64,000 bases of DNA from the NCBI GenBank assembly GCA_040384805.1, contig JAZKIP010000009.1:1490-65489 (forward strand), read 5' to 3'. Under the pieces are notes generated by a model. The model was not told where the DNA came from. It saw nothing but the letters and a program-made list of their open reading frames with translations, and did not search any database. Origin of the DNA: Patescibacteria group bacterium. GTDB lineage: Bacteria > Patescibacteriota > Minisyncoccia > Phycocordibacterales > UBA9973. Positions 27,706 through 36,853 of the stretch are shown piece by piece (the first letter of the stretch is position 1; each line of letters opens with the position of its first letter). The position numbers and the translations under genes were made by a program.

Positions 27706-28977
27706 ATGGAAACAGCGTGGAATAAAATAAGAGCAATATTCACCGACAAATCGCTTCGATCGCGTGTTTTGTTCGTTCTTGCCATGCTTATTCTTTTCCG
27801 GTTTCTGTCAGTAATCCCGATTCCCGGAGTTGATCCTATCAAGCTTCAGGCGTTTCTTGCCAACAATCAGTTCTTCGGCGTTCTCAATATCTTTTCCGGC
27901 GGCGGTCTTTCGCATCTCTCGATCCTCATGCTTGGCGTAGGTCCCTATATTACGGCTTCGATCATTATGCAGCTTTTGACAATCATGTCTCCGCGCCTCA
28001 AAGCCATCTATCAGGAAGAAGGCGAAGCGGGACGCAAGAAATTCAATCAATGGAGCCGCTTGCTGACTGTTCCGCTTGGAATCGTTCAGGGGTTGGCTCT
28101 TCTAGTCGTCCTTAAAGGCCAGGGAATTCTGGGAAATATCTCGAATTTTGAAATGATTGCGAACCTTGCTGTCATCGTCGGAGGAGCGCTCCTTTTGATG
28201 TGGATCGGCGAGCTCATATCTGAATTCGGCATCGGCAACGGAGTGTCTCTTATTATCTTCGCGGGAATCGTTGCCAACATCCCGACCGAAGTTTCCCAGT
28301 TCCTCTTCACCTTCGATATGGCTAATCTGCCGGTGTATATTCTTTTCCTTGCTGTCGGAATCTTGATTGTCGCAGGCGTTGTTGTTGTCACCGAAGCGGA
28401 ACGTCCGATTCCTGTGACCTATGCCAAACAGCAGAGAGGAAACACTGCCGGCGGAAGCGTTCAGACCTATCTGCCGCTACGGGTAAACCAGTCCGGCGTT
28501 ATTCCGATTATTTTCGCGCTTTCAATTCTCATGTTCCCCCAGCTTATCGGAAACGCTTTGGCAAGCGCAACAAGCCCGGTACTTCTTAGCATTTCGCGCG
28601 GGCTTCTCTGGTTTGTTGCCAATACATGGCTTTATTCTCTTGTCTACTTTATTTTTGTATTCATGTTTACATATTTCTATACAGCAGTCACTTTCGATCC
28701 TGACAAGCTGTCGACGAATCTTCAGAAAAACGGCGCCTTCATTCCCGGCATCCGACCGGGTCCTGCAACACGCGAGTATATTGCAAAGATTCTCGGCCGC
28801 ATTACACTTATGGGCGCGATATTCCTCGGCTTGATCGCCGTTCTCCCGCTTGTTATGCGCGCCATCACCGGCATTACGGCTTTCGCCCTCGGTGGTACCG
28901 CCCTCTTGATCGTCGTGTCAGTTGTTATGGATCTCATCAAGAAAATCGAAGCGCAATTATCAATGAGAGAGTATTAG
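27706..28977 (+). CDS. secY: preprotein translocase subunit SecY
   Basis: 10 TM helices with conserved SecY segments (GVGPYITASIIMQLL, GNGVSLIIFAGIV). Confidence 0.95.
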   Translation: METAWNKIRAIFTDKSLRSRVLFVLAMLILFRFLSVIPIPGVDPIKLQAFLANNQFFGVLNIFSGGGLSHLSILMLGVGPYITASIIMQLLTIMSPRLKAIYQEEGEAGRKKFNQWSRLLTVPLGIVQGLALLVVLKGQGILGNISNFEMIANLAVIVGGALLLMWIGELISEFGIGNGVSLIIFAGIVANIPTEVSQFLFTFDMANLPVYILFLAVGILIVAGVVVVTEAERPIPVTYAKQQRGNTAGGSVQTYLPLRVNQSGVIPIIFALSILMFPQLIGNALASATSPVLLSISRGLLWFVANTWLYSLVYFIFVFMFTYFYTAVTFDPDKLSTNLQKNGAFIPGIRPGPATREYIAKILGRITLMGAIFLGLIAVLPLVMRAITGITAFALGGTALLIVVSVVMDLIKKIEAQLSMREY

Positions 28978-29015
28978 GATAATTACGAATTATCAATGAC
29001 TAATTACGAATTCAA

Positions 29016-29047
29016 CAAAAATCACAAATAATATTATTTGTGATTTT
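29016..29047 (+). terminator. palindromic terminator AAAAATCACAAATAA-TAT-TATTTGTGATTTTT
   Basis: Perfect inverted repeat after secY. Confidence 0.6.
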
Positions 29048-29062
29048 TGTTATAATATACCT

Positions 29063-29656
29063 ATGAATACACCGCTTACATTTGTTTTCTTTGGAATCGT
29101 CGGGTCCGGCAAGGGAACCCAGGTCGAGCTTCTGCAGAAATATCTGCGTGAAAAAACCCTTAGTATTGATTTCGTTGATGCTTCGCCCGGCCTTGAATAC
29201 AGGAAGCTTATTTCAAGCGGAAGCTATACGGGAGAGCTTGTTCGGGATGCCTACAATCAGGGATATCTCCAGCCTGATTTCCTGACGGACGGCCTCTTTA
29301 CGAAAATTCTCACGGAAAAAACATCGCCATCCTCCGTCATTATGGCGGACGGGTATCCTCGCACACTCGTGCAGTCAAAAACATTCGAAGATGCGATGAT
29401 ATTTTATCGCCGGGACGATGTCCGTGTTATTTATATACAGGTAGGAAAAGAAGAAGCGACACGAAGAATGAAACTCCGTGGTCGATCCGATGATACCGAC
29501 GAAGGAATCGCGAAGCGCTTCGATGAATATGTAAATAATGTTATTCCTTCAATGAATTATTTCGAAGGCAGGCCCGGATATGCTCTTTATGTCATCAACG
29601 GGGAGCAGTCGATCGAAGACGTCCATGCTGATATTATCAAGTCTCTCGGAATCTAA
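29063..29656 (+). CDS. adk: adenylate kinase (short type, no zinc lid)
   Basis: P-loop GIVGSGKGTQ plus NMP-binding and LID remnants. Confidence 0.85.
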   Translation: MNTPLTFVFFGIVGSGKGTQVELLQKYLREKTLSIDFVDASPGLEYRKLISSGSYTGELVRDAYNQGYLQPDFLTDGLFTKILTEKTSPSSVIMADGYPRTLVQSKTFEDAMIFYRRDDVRVIYIQVGKEEATRRMKLRGRSDDTDEGIAKRFDEYVNNVIPSMNYFEGRPGYALYVINGEQSIEDVHADIIKSLGI

Positions 29657-29657
29657 T

Positions 29658-30344
29658 ATGGAAGACTCGAAGCATATTGTCATATCGTTGGGCGGATCGC
29701 TTATTGTGCCGGAAGAGATAGACTCCGGATTCCTAAAAGAATTTATTCATGCTCTGAGTGAATATGCTAGCCGTGGCTTTCGATTTGTTATTATAACCGG
29801 CGGCGGGAGAATTTCCCGCAATTATACGCTTTCGGCGCAAGACATAGGGGAACCGACAAGCATCGATCTTGACTGGATTGGCATTGCAGTGACGCGACTT
29901 AATGCCGAATTCATTCGTGTTCTTTTTGGAAATCTGGCTCATCCTGACATTATCTTCAATCCTGAAGAGATGCCTGAGACAGATAAAGCGATTATGGTGG
30001 GAGGAGGATGGAAGCCTGGAAATTCGAGCGATTTGGCTGCTGTCATCGTTGCAAAGTCCATCGGCGCCCGCACGATCATCAATCTCTCCAATATCGATTA
30101 TGTGTACGACAAGGATCCTCGCTATAATCCCGATGCGATAAAAATCGAAAGTGCATCATGGGGGGATCTCCGCGCACTGTTGCCGAAAGAATGGGAACCG
30201 GGCCTTAATAGTCCTTTTGATCCCATTGCAGCCGAAAAAGCCGAAGCGCTTGGTCTCGAAGTTGCTATCATGAACGGCAAAAATATAGACAATCTCAGGA
30301 ATTATATCGACCAGAAGCCTTTTATTGGAACAATTATCCGTTAA
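29658..30344 (+). CDS. pyrH: amino-acid-kinase-fold protein resembling archaeal-type UMP kinase
   Basis: IVISLGGSLIVPE, GGGRISR, GIAVTRLNA, PGNSSDLAAVIVAK and a DPRYNPDAIKI-like segment parallel archaeal PyrH. ORF track start 29580; ATG at 29658 directly after the adk stop. Confidence 0.55.
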   Translation: MEDSKHIVISLGGSLIVPEEIDSGFLKEFIHALSEYASRGFRFVIITGGGRISRNYTLSAQDIGEPTSIDLDWIGIAVTRLNAEFIRVLFGNLAHPDIIFNPEEMPETDKAIMVGGGWKPGNSSDLAAVIVAKSIGARTIINLSNIDYVYDKDPRYNPDAIKIESASWGDLRALLPKEWEPGLNSPFDPIAAEKAEALGLEVAIMNGKNIDNLRNYIDQKPFIGTIIR

Positions 30345-30363
30345 ATCTTCCTCTATATCCTAT

Positions 30364-30391
30364 TTGCAAAAGGAGTTTTGATCGGCTAGTA
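30364..30391 (+). promoter_or_regulatory. promoter TTGCAA-N17-TAGTAT, 10 nt upstream of the map ATG (near-leaderless)
   Basis: Shared TAGTAT -10 motif. Confidence 0.45.
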
Positions 30392-30401
30392 TTGAGCCTA
30401 C

Positions 30402-31172
30402 ATGGGAGTTATCATAAAAACCAAAGAACAGATCGACATGCTGCGCGAGGGCGGAAGACGTCTCGGGGCAATTGTGGCAAAAGTAGCAGGGAAAGTAGCA
30501 CCGGGTGTGACGACGTTTGAACTTGATGAATACGCCCGCATGCTTATTCGCGATGGCGGCGATGAGCCGGCTTTTTTGAATTACAAGCCCGAAGGCCACG
30601 GCAAGCCCTTTCCGGCAGCTCTCTGCACATCGATCAATAATGAAGTTGTTCACGGGATTCCGAACAAAAATAGAATCTTGAAAGAAGGCGATATTATTTC
30701 CATTGATCTCGGGCTCAAACACAAGGGGTTCTATACCGATCACGCAATAACCGTTCCTGTCGGCATGATCTCTAAAAAAGATCGGCAGCTTCTTGATGAT
30801 ACGAAGGAAGCCCTCGATATCGGCATTTGGGCCGCGAAGAACGGCAAGACGGTTGGCGATATTGGCCATGCCATAGAATCTTTCGTCCATAAACGATATG
30901 GCATCATCAGAGAGCTGTCAGGTCATGGCGTCGGTATCTCTATTCACGAAGATCCCTATATTCCCAATTTCGGCAAGCCGGGCAAGGGACAAAAGCTTCT
31001 TCCCGGAATGGTTATCGCTATCGAACCGATGCTTGCTTTAGGCAAGGCAGATATCGTCAGTATGGCTGATGGATATACGATCAAGACCGCCGATGGATCC
31101 AGGAGCGCTCATTTTGAACATACGATCCTCATTACGGATAACGAGCCGGAAATCTTGACTATGGCGGCATAA
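30402..31172 (+). CDS. map: methionine aminopeptidase type I
   Basis: Pita-bread fold metal ligands (D..D..H..E..E context: HGIPN..., GDIISIDLG, HGVGISIHEDP, AIEPM). Confidence 0.93.
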   Translation: MGVIIKTKEQIDMLREGGRRLGAIVAKVAGKVAPGVTTFELDEYARMLIRDGGDEPAFLNYKPEGHGKPFPAALCTSINNEVVHGIPNKNRILKEGDIISIDLGLKHKGFYTDHAITVPVGMISKKDRQLLDDTKEALDIGIWAAKNGKTVGDIGHAIESFVHKRYGIIRELSGHGVGISIHEDPYIPNFGKPGKGQKLLPGMVIAIEPMLALGKADIVSMADGYTIKTADGSRSAHFEHTILITDNEPEILTMAA

Positions 31173-31229
31173 CCCCCTTCTTTAATCTTATAGATTTGAT
31201 ATACTATAAGAAGCATATTCGCAGAATGT

Positions 31230-31697
31230 ATGACAAGCACCTCCTTGAATAGAAAAACTATATTTATAAGTATCTTAACAGTAGCACTGTTTGCCCTGTC
31301 TTTTATGTCTCTTGACGCCGCCGGACTTATCCCCGACTGCAACAGGGGAACAACGGTCAATAGCGCAAAGACAGGCCTCGGGACAGCTTGCGGATTCAAC
31401 GAACTCATGGGCCTTGCCAATAAGGTCATCAGCTTCCTCCTTTTCACTATTGCCACGCCTCTTGTTGCGTTGATCGTGTGTTACGCGGGATTTCTCCTCT
31501 TAACATCGGGAGGAAGCTCTGAGAAACTGACTAAAGCCAAGCATATCTTCAAGAATGTCCTCATCGGCTATATTGTCGCCTTGGCCGCATGGCTGATCAT
31601 TCATACCATTGTCAAAACTCTCGGCTTTACCGGCGATGATTTCCTTGACGAATCGGCACAGATAGAGAATACGACTCCACTGCGAATGAGGGTATAA
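31230..31697 (+). CDS. VirB2/TrbC-like pilin-type membrane protein (putative T4SS pilin)
   Basis: Long signal peptide, a Cys pair, then two hydrophobic helices (VISFLLFTIATPLVALIVCYAGFLLL and VLIGYIVALAAWLIIHTIV). Lies directly upstream of a VirB4-like ATPase. Confidence 0.4.
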   Translation: MTSTSLNRKTIFISILTVALFALSFMSLDAAGLIPDCNRGTTVNSAKTGLGTACGFNELMGLANKVISFLLFTIATPLVALIVCYAGFLLLTSGGSSEKLTKAKHIFKNVLIGYIVALAAWLIIHTIVKTLGFTGDDFLDESAQIENTTPLRMRV

Positions 31698-31776
31698 GGA
31701 AAAAGTTTTATTGGAACAAGGTACACTCTTCCGAAAGCGCCCGAAATAATCGCGGGTTATGATATAATGTCTACTC

Positions 31777-34509
31777 ATGGAAGGTTTTAGTCTCACAAAT
31801 GCCCCGAAATTCAAGAGTCCTCAAGAGGAACTCGAATTTTTGCGTGCCCACATTGCCGAAAAGGAAAAAGCTCTCGTATCGCAGGGAGTAGAAACATCAA
31901 AAGAAGACATAGCGCATGAAATCGTGGAGGAGTACAAGCGCTATCAGCCGCAGGATGTCATGGACACGAGCGCTATTCTTGAGAATGTTCAAGCTGAAAG
32001 CCTTGTCTTGCGGCTTCATCCGGAAGAACATGATAAGAAGATGGAGGAAATGCTTGGAATATTGCTCGATAAAGGAGTGTCCAATGCTCTTTCTATCATC
32101 GGCAAGCTTAATAATCCCCATCTCGATGATGATTTTCATCGTTTCTTGGTCCAATACTTGATAAGTACTCATAAGATACCAGGATTAAAAGAGGGAACGC
32201 CCTTGTTTAAGTCTCTGGATATGAAGCTGTTTGAAATCACTCTTCCTGATCCGACCGATGACGAGAGCAATAAAAAAGGGCTCAAAGAACTTCTTTCCGC
32301 TATGGAGCAGTTTTATGCCGGAATGCACTCTGTCGGAGAGGGACGGGAGAATCGGAATCGCAATCACTTCACCCTTGAGATCGCTCTTGCCGAAGGAAGC
32401 GACCAGTTCATTTTTTATGCGGCTGTTCCCGCTTACAAGACGGATCTTTTCGAGAAGCAGCTCTTGGGAGTCCATCCGCACGCCAAGATCGTCGAGGTTC
32501 CCGATGACTACAATATTTTCTCGGAGGGAAGCGTTACTGCCGCGTCACATGCGACGCTCGCTCATCATGATGTATATCCTATCAAGCTCTATGACGCGCT
32601 TGATCATGATCCGCTCAACATCATTCTTAACGTCTTCACCAAGCTTCAAAAATCAGGGGAAGGAGCATCGATTCAATTTACCATCTGCCCCGAAGACGAT
32701 GACATCATCCGCAAATTTCACACTGTCCTTGCCGACGTTAAAAACGGCATGTCCGTGCGAACGGCATCGAGCATGACTCGCCAGTTTACCAAGGAATTCA
32801 AATCCATTGCCTCTGAAATGTTTTTTGGCGCATCAAAAAAGAAGGAGGAAAAGAAAGTCAACGACAAAGCGGTGGAAAATATCACCGAGAAGATGAAAAG
32901 CACCATCCAGGCATGCACTATACGCATTATATCCTCCGCTCAGACAAAGCTTCGCGCCGAGCAGATTCTCTCGGACCTTGAATCATCGTTTAATCAGTTC
33001 ACCGAATCGGACCGGAACGGCTTTGATTTCGTACATCCGCAAGGATCGGATCTCGCATCGCTCATCCATGCTTTTTCATATAGGACCTTCTCCCAGGATT
33101 ATTCGATGCCTCTGAATCTCAAGGAGCTTGCCACGATCTTCCACTTTCCTTATGGTATCGAAAGCTCGCCTCAGCTCAAGCAAGCGAAAGCGGGCATCGC
33201 TCCGGCTCCGATGGAAATGGGAACCCAGGGAGTCGCTCTCGGTATCAACAGCTACCGCGGCAAGGAAACCAGAGTGCACTTCGCCGAAGAAGACCGCATG
33301 CGGCATTTTTATGTTATCGGTCAGACAGGTACTGGTAAGACCACGATCATGAAAAACATGATCGCTCAGGATATCGCCGCGGGCCACGGCGTCTGTTATA
33401 TCGATCCCCATGGGACAGATATCCAGGATATTCTCAGCTACATTCCCCGGGAACGCATCGACGATGTCATTTATTTCGATCCGGCATATACGGCACGTCC
33501 CATGGGCCTTAACATGCTCGAATATGACGTTCGTTATCCCGAGCAGAAGACATTCGTCGTCAACGAGCTGATGAATATATTCAACAAGCTCTTCGACATG
33601 AAGACCTCCGGAGGTCCGATGTTCGAGCAATATTTCAAAAACTCCGCCTTTCTTGTCATGGAGCATCCTGAATCGGGATCGACTCTTCTTGAAATCAGCC
33701 GCGTTCTTTCGGATAAGGCATTCCGCGATATGAAGCTTTCCCATTGCAAGAACCCCATCATCAGGCAGTTCTGGGAGAACGCCGAACAGACGACAGGCGA
33801 TCAGGCCCTTGCCAACTTCGTGCCGTACATCACTTCGAAATTCGATAATTTCATTTCAAACGACATCATGCGCCCGGTCGTCTTGCAGGAGAAATCAGTC
33901 TTCAATTTCCGTGAGATCATGGACAGCAAGAAGATTCTTCTTGTTAATTTGTCGAAAGGACGCTTGGGAGACATCAATGCCAATCTTATCGGCATGCTTA
34001 TCGTCAACAAGATCCAGATGGCGACATTATCCCGCGTGGATATGTACGGCAAGAAAATGGAGGATTTCTTCCTCTATGTCGATGAGTTCCAGAACGTATC
34101 GACGGATTCCATCGAATCGATATTCTCCGAGGCGCGCAAATACCGGCTGTCGCTCACGGTGGCTCATCAATACATCTCCCAGCTTGAGGAGAAGATCAAG
34201 AATTCCGTCTTCGGAAACGTGGGTTCCATGGCGGTCTTCCGCGTCGGCGCCGAAGATGCGCAATTCCTCGAAAGCAAGTTTAAGCCGACATTTACTGCCG
34301 CCGATATCATGAAGATCGAGAATCGCAATGCTTATATCTCAATGCTCATCAACGGACAGCCGACAAAGCCTTTCAATATAGCGACATTTCCTCCACCCCA
34401 AGGCAATATGGCAGCAGTCGAGAAGATCAAGGAACTCTCATATCTTAAATTCGGCCGCGAGCGCGAGGAAGTCGAAGAGGAGATCATGAATAAATATAAA
34501 AAGAATTAA
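31777..34509 (+). CDS. VirB4/TrsE/ConE-like type IV secretion ATPase (FtsK/HerA superfamily) with an uncharacterised roughly 490-aa N-terminal domain
   Basis: Walker A HFYVIGQTGTGKTT...IDPHG, Walker B FLYVDEFQNV, C-terminal LSLTVAHQYISQL...VFRVGAEDAQFL resembling T4SS ATPase/TraG-D_C segments. No TM helices. Confidence 0.6.
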   Translation: MEGFSLTNAPKFKSPQEELEFLRAHIAEKEKALVSQGVETSKEDIAHEIVEEYKRYQPQDVMDTSAILENVQAESLVLRLHPEEHDKKMEEMLGILLDKGVSNALSIIGKLNNPHLDDDFHRFLVQYLISTHKIPGLKEGTPLFKSLDMKLFEITLPDPTDDESNKKGLKELLSAMEQFYAGMHSVGEGRENRNRNHFTLEIALAEGSDQFIFYAAVPAYKTDLFEKQLLGVHPHAKIVEVPDDYNIFSEGSVTAASHATLAHHDVYPIKLYDALDHDPLNIILNVFTKLQKSGEGASIQFTICPEDDDIIRKFHTVLADVKNGMSVRTASSMTRQFTKEFKSIASEMFFGASKKKEEKKVNDKAVENITEKMKSTIQACTIRIISSAQTKLRAEQILSDLESSFNQFTESDRNGFDFVHPQGSDLASLIHAFSYRTFSQDYSMPLNLKELATIFHFPYGIESSPQLKQAKAGIAPAPMEMGTQGVALGINSYRGKETRVHFAEEDRMRHFYVIGQTGTGKTTIMKNMIAQDIAAGHGVCYIDPHGTDIQDILSYIPRERIDDVIYFDPAYTARPMGLNMLEYDVRYPEQKTFVVNELMNIFNKLFDMKTSGGPMFEQYFKNSAFLVMEHPESGSTLLEISRVLSDKAFRDMKLSHCKNPIIRQFWENAEQTTGDQALANFVPYITSKFDNFISNDIMRPVVLQEKSVFNFREIMDSKKILLVNLSKGRLGDINANLIGMLIVNKIQMATLSRVDMYGKKMEDFFLYVDEFQNVSTDSIESIFSEARKYRLSLTVAHQYISQLEEKIKNSVFGNVGSMAVFRVGAEDAQFLESKFKPTFTAADIMKIENRNAYISMLINGQPTKPFNIATFPPPQGNMAAVEKIKELSYLKFGREREEVEEEIMNKYKKN

Positions 34510-35085
34510 ATGGAAGAAATCGAAGTAAAATTTTTGGATGTAAACATCGAGTCTCTGGAAAAGAAGCTTTTAGATATGGGAGCAGAAAAGATCGGGGAAA
34601 CTCTTTCTCGTATAACTTGTTTTGATTACCCGGATTATCAGTTAAGAGATAAAAATGCGTGGGTACGTCTTCGAACGGAATTTAATGAGACAACTCTTGC
34701 ATATAAAGAACGTCTTGGTGTTAGTTCTGAAGACGCTTCAATCAAGGATGATGGTATGAGAGAGATTGAAGTCGTTGTTTCTGATTTTGACACCACGAAG
34801 TCATTTCTTTTTGAAATCGGTATGATTGAAAAATTCTCGCAGGAAAAAAAGAGAATTCGTTTTAAAAAAGATACAATCGTATTTGATATAGACACGTGGC
34901 CACTTACACCGCCATATATTGAAATCGAAGGTTCATCATGGGATGACGTGAAGACTGCCGCTGAAAATCTAGGTTTTAAATACGAAGATCACTTGAGGTG
35001 TTCTGCCCACAATATATTTATTAAATATGGTTTTAATGATCATGATTATTCGGTCTTCACCTTCGCAGAGCAGATTAAAAAATAA
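34510..35085 (+). CDS. CYTH-domain protein (CyaB/thiamine-triphosphatase-like triphosphate tunnel metalloenzyme)
   Basis: EIEVKFLDVN... and the alternating acidic/basic beta-strands characteristic of CYTH. Its ATG abuts the TAA of the ATPase. Confidence 0.65.
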   Translation: MEEIEVKFLDVNIESLEKKLLDMGAEKIGETLSRITCFDYPDYQLRDKNAWVRLRTEFNETTLAYKERLGVSSEDASIKDDGMREIEVVVSDFDTTKSFLFEIGMIEKFSQEKKRIRFKKDTIVFDIDTWPLTPPYIEIEGSSWDDVKTAAENLGFKYEDHLRCSAHNIFIKYGFNDHDYSVFTFAEQIKK

Positions 35086-35157
35086 TTGCAGAGCAAGGCT
35101 TTTTCTGCTACACTGTGCCTATTACAATCACCAGAGCACAGGCTCTTTTTTATTTAT

Positions 35158-35742
35158 ATGAAGCATCCAAAAGAAGAAGTCACATATGTCATGCTGAAGC
35201 CCGACGGCGTCCGCAAAGGCCTCATTGGAGAGGTTATTAAGAGATTCGAACAGCGCGATCTGAAAATCGTCGCTCTTGAAATGTTCAATCCCGAATTCGA
35301 CAAGGTCAACGATCACTATCCGAAAAGCGAAGAATGGATCACGCGTCTCGGCAATAAAACACTCACGACATATGAAAAATACGGCTATGACGCGATGAAG
35401 GATTTCGGTACGACCGATGCTTCCAAAATCGGACCTGAAATCCGAAAATGGCTCATCGATTACATGACGTCCGCTCCGCTTGTGAAAATGATCGTCAAAG
35501 GCGTCCATGCTGTTGATGTCGTCCGCAAAGTAGCAGGGGATACGATGCCGTACAAAGCCGATATGGGCACGATTCGCGGCGATTTCTCAATCGACAGCCC
35601 CGCTCTTGCAAATATGGAGAAGCGCGCAGTTATGAACATCGTTCACTGCTCTGAGACTCCCGAAGAAGCTGAGCATGAGATCAAGCATTGGTTCGGTGCT
35701 GCCGAGATCCTCGACTACAAGCGCTTTGGTGTTGACGAATAA
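35158..35742 (+). CDS. ndk: nucleoside diphosphate kinase (with a roughly 50-aa insertion)
   Basis: TYVMLKPDGVRKGLIGEVIKRFEQ and the active-site His region NIVHCSETPEEAEHEIKHWF. ORF track start 35086; ATG at 35158 preferred. Confidence 0.8.
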   Translation: MKHPKEEVTYVMLKPDGVRKGLIGEVIKRFEQRDLKIVALEMFNPEFDKVNDHYPKSEEWITRLGNKTLTTYEKYGYDAMKDFGTTDASKIGPEIRKWLIDYMTSAPLVKMIVKGVHAVDVVRKVAGDTMPYKADMGTIRGDFSIDSPALANMEKRAVMNIVHCSETPEEAEHEIKHWFGAAEILDYKRFGVDE

Positions 35743-35751
35743 AATGAAAAA

Positions 35752-35782
35752 GCATAAAATCCGCCATCGGCGGATTTTATGC
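35752..35782 (+). terminator. hairpin GCATAAAATCCGCC-ATC-GGCGGATTTTATGC
   Basis: 14-bp perfect stem; overlaps a TGcTAGTAT -10 element at 35781..35788. Confidence 0.65.
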
Positions 35783-35796
35783 TAGTATATTTTAGT

Positions 35797-36441
35797 ATGA
35801 GAAAGATCGCCGATATATACGAAGAATACAAAATCATGCCGAATCTGCAGATACATCAATTGCGTGTCGCCGCTGTGGCAGCCAAGGTGTGCGATTCACT
35901 CGATATCCCGGTAGACAAGGACGCAATAGTAACTGCTTGTCTTTTCCACGACATGGGCAATATCATCAAATTCAAGCTCGGCTATTTCCCGGAATTTCTG
36001 GAGCCCGAGGGTCTCGACTATTGGGAAACTGTTAAAAGGGAATATATTGAAAAATATGGAGAAAATGAGCATATAGCCACGATTGCCATAGCCCGGGAGT
36101 TTGGTATCGGTGCAGATATTATAAAAAATATGGAAGCGATTGAATTTTCCAATTGGTGCGCTGTAAATGTAGATGAAAACTGGAGCCAAAAGATATGCAC
36201 CTATGCCGATGCGCGCGTCGGCGTTACGGGCATCATAAGCCTTGAGGAAAGGCTTGAAGACGGAGAAAGGCGATACAAAGGAATACATGAAGATATGGAT
36301 GCGAAAAGACTGTTCCTTCAGAATTGTATGCGCACTATCGAAAAAGAAATTTCTTCTCGTATGAAAATTGCCCCAGAAGACATTACTGACGAGTCTATCT
36401 CTCCGTATATTGAAGAACTGAAAAATTTTTCTCTCGCGTAA
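35797..36441 (+). CDS. HD-domain phosphohydrolase
   Basis: LFHDMGN (H...HD) metal-binding motif. The ATG lies 8 nt after the -10 hexamer, so the mRNA is probably leaderless. Confidence 0.6.
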   Translation: MRKIADIYEEYKIMPNLQIHQLRVAAVAAKVCDSLDIPVDKDAIVTACLFHDMGNIIKFKLGYFPEFLEPEGLDYWETVKREYIEKYGENEHIATIAIAREFGIGADIIKNMEAIEFSNWCAVNVDENWSQKICTYADARVGVTGIISLEERLEDGERRYKGIHEDMDAKRLFLQNCMRTIEKEISSRMKIAPEDITDESISPYIEELKNFSLA

Positions 36442-36673
36442 ACTTGAAAAATCTCAAAAAACGTGATGTTGTGAAAAAAATCCTTGCGCGTGACTTCCAA
36501 AAGAGTATAGTTGAAGTAGGGTTATTTGAGATGTATTACCTAGAACATATTTTATAGGGGATATATTGTTTTGATATGGGGCTGTAACGTTATTAATGTG
36601 AACAAATCCATGGCATCCGTTGTCCCACGTAGCATAACGCTATGGTAATATCCCTTGAATAGTCCTAATAAGC

Positions 36674-36711
36674 ATCCTCGGCTCATAGTATGAGTCTGAG
36701 GATTTTTATTT
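36674..36711 (+). terminator. imperfect hairpin CCTCGGCTCATA-G-TATGAGTCTGAGG followed by a T-run (possible 3' end of an unannotated small RNA)
   Basis: About 13-bp stem with a T-tract, inside a 410-bp ORF-free region. Confidence 0.4.
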
Positions 36712-36723
36712 TACCTTTATCCC

Positions 36724-36767
36724 CCACTTCCATTTTAAGTTCCGATCGGAACTTAAAATGGAAGTGG
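36724..36767. repeat. 44-bp perfect palindrome CCACTTCCATTTTAAGTTCCGA|TCGGAACTTAAAATGGAAGTGG
   Basis: 22-bp arms verified by hand; unique in the window. Confidence 0.8.
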
Positions 36768-36853
36768 CACTATTCCTGATTGTCGTAGCGGCAAAAGCGC
36801 AAACTTCTTCTTATTTCGCACAATTGTAGTATCTAGGGTATAATAAAGCCCAT

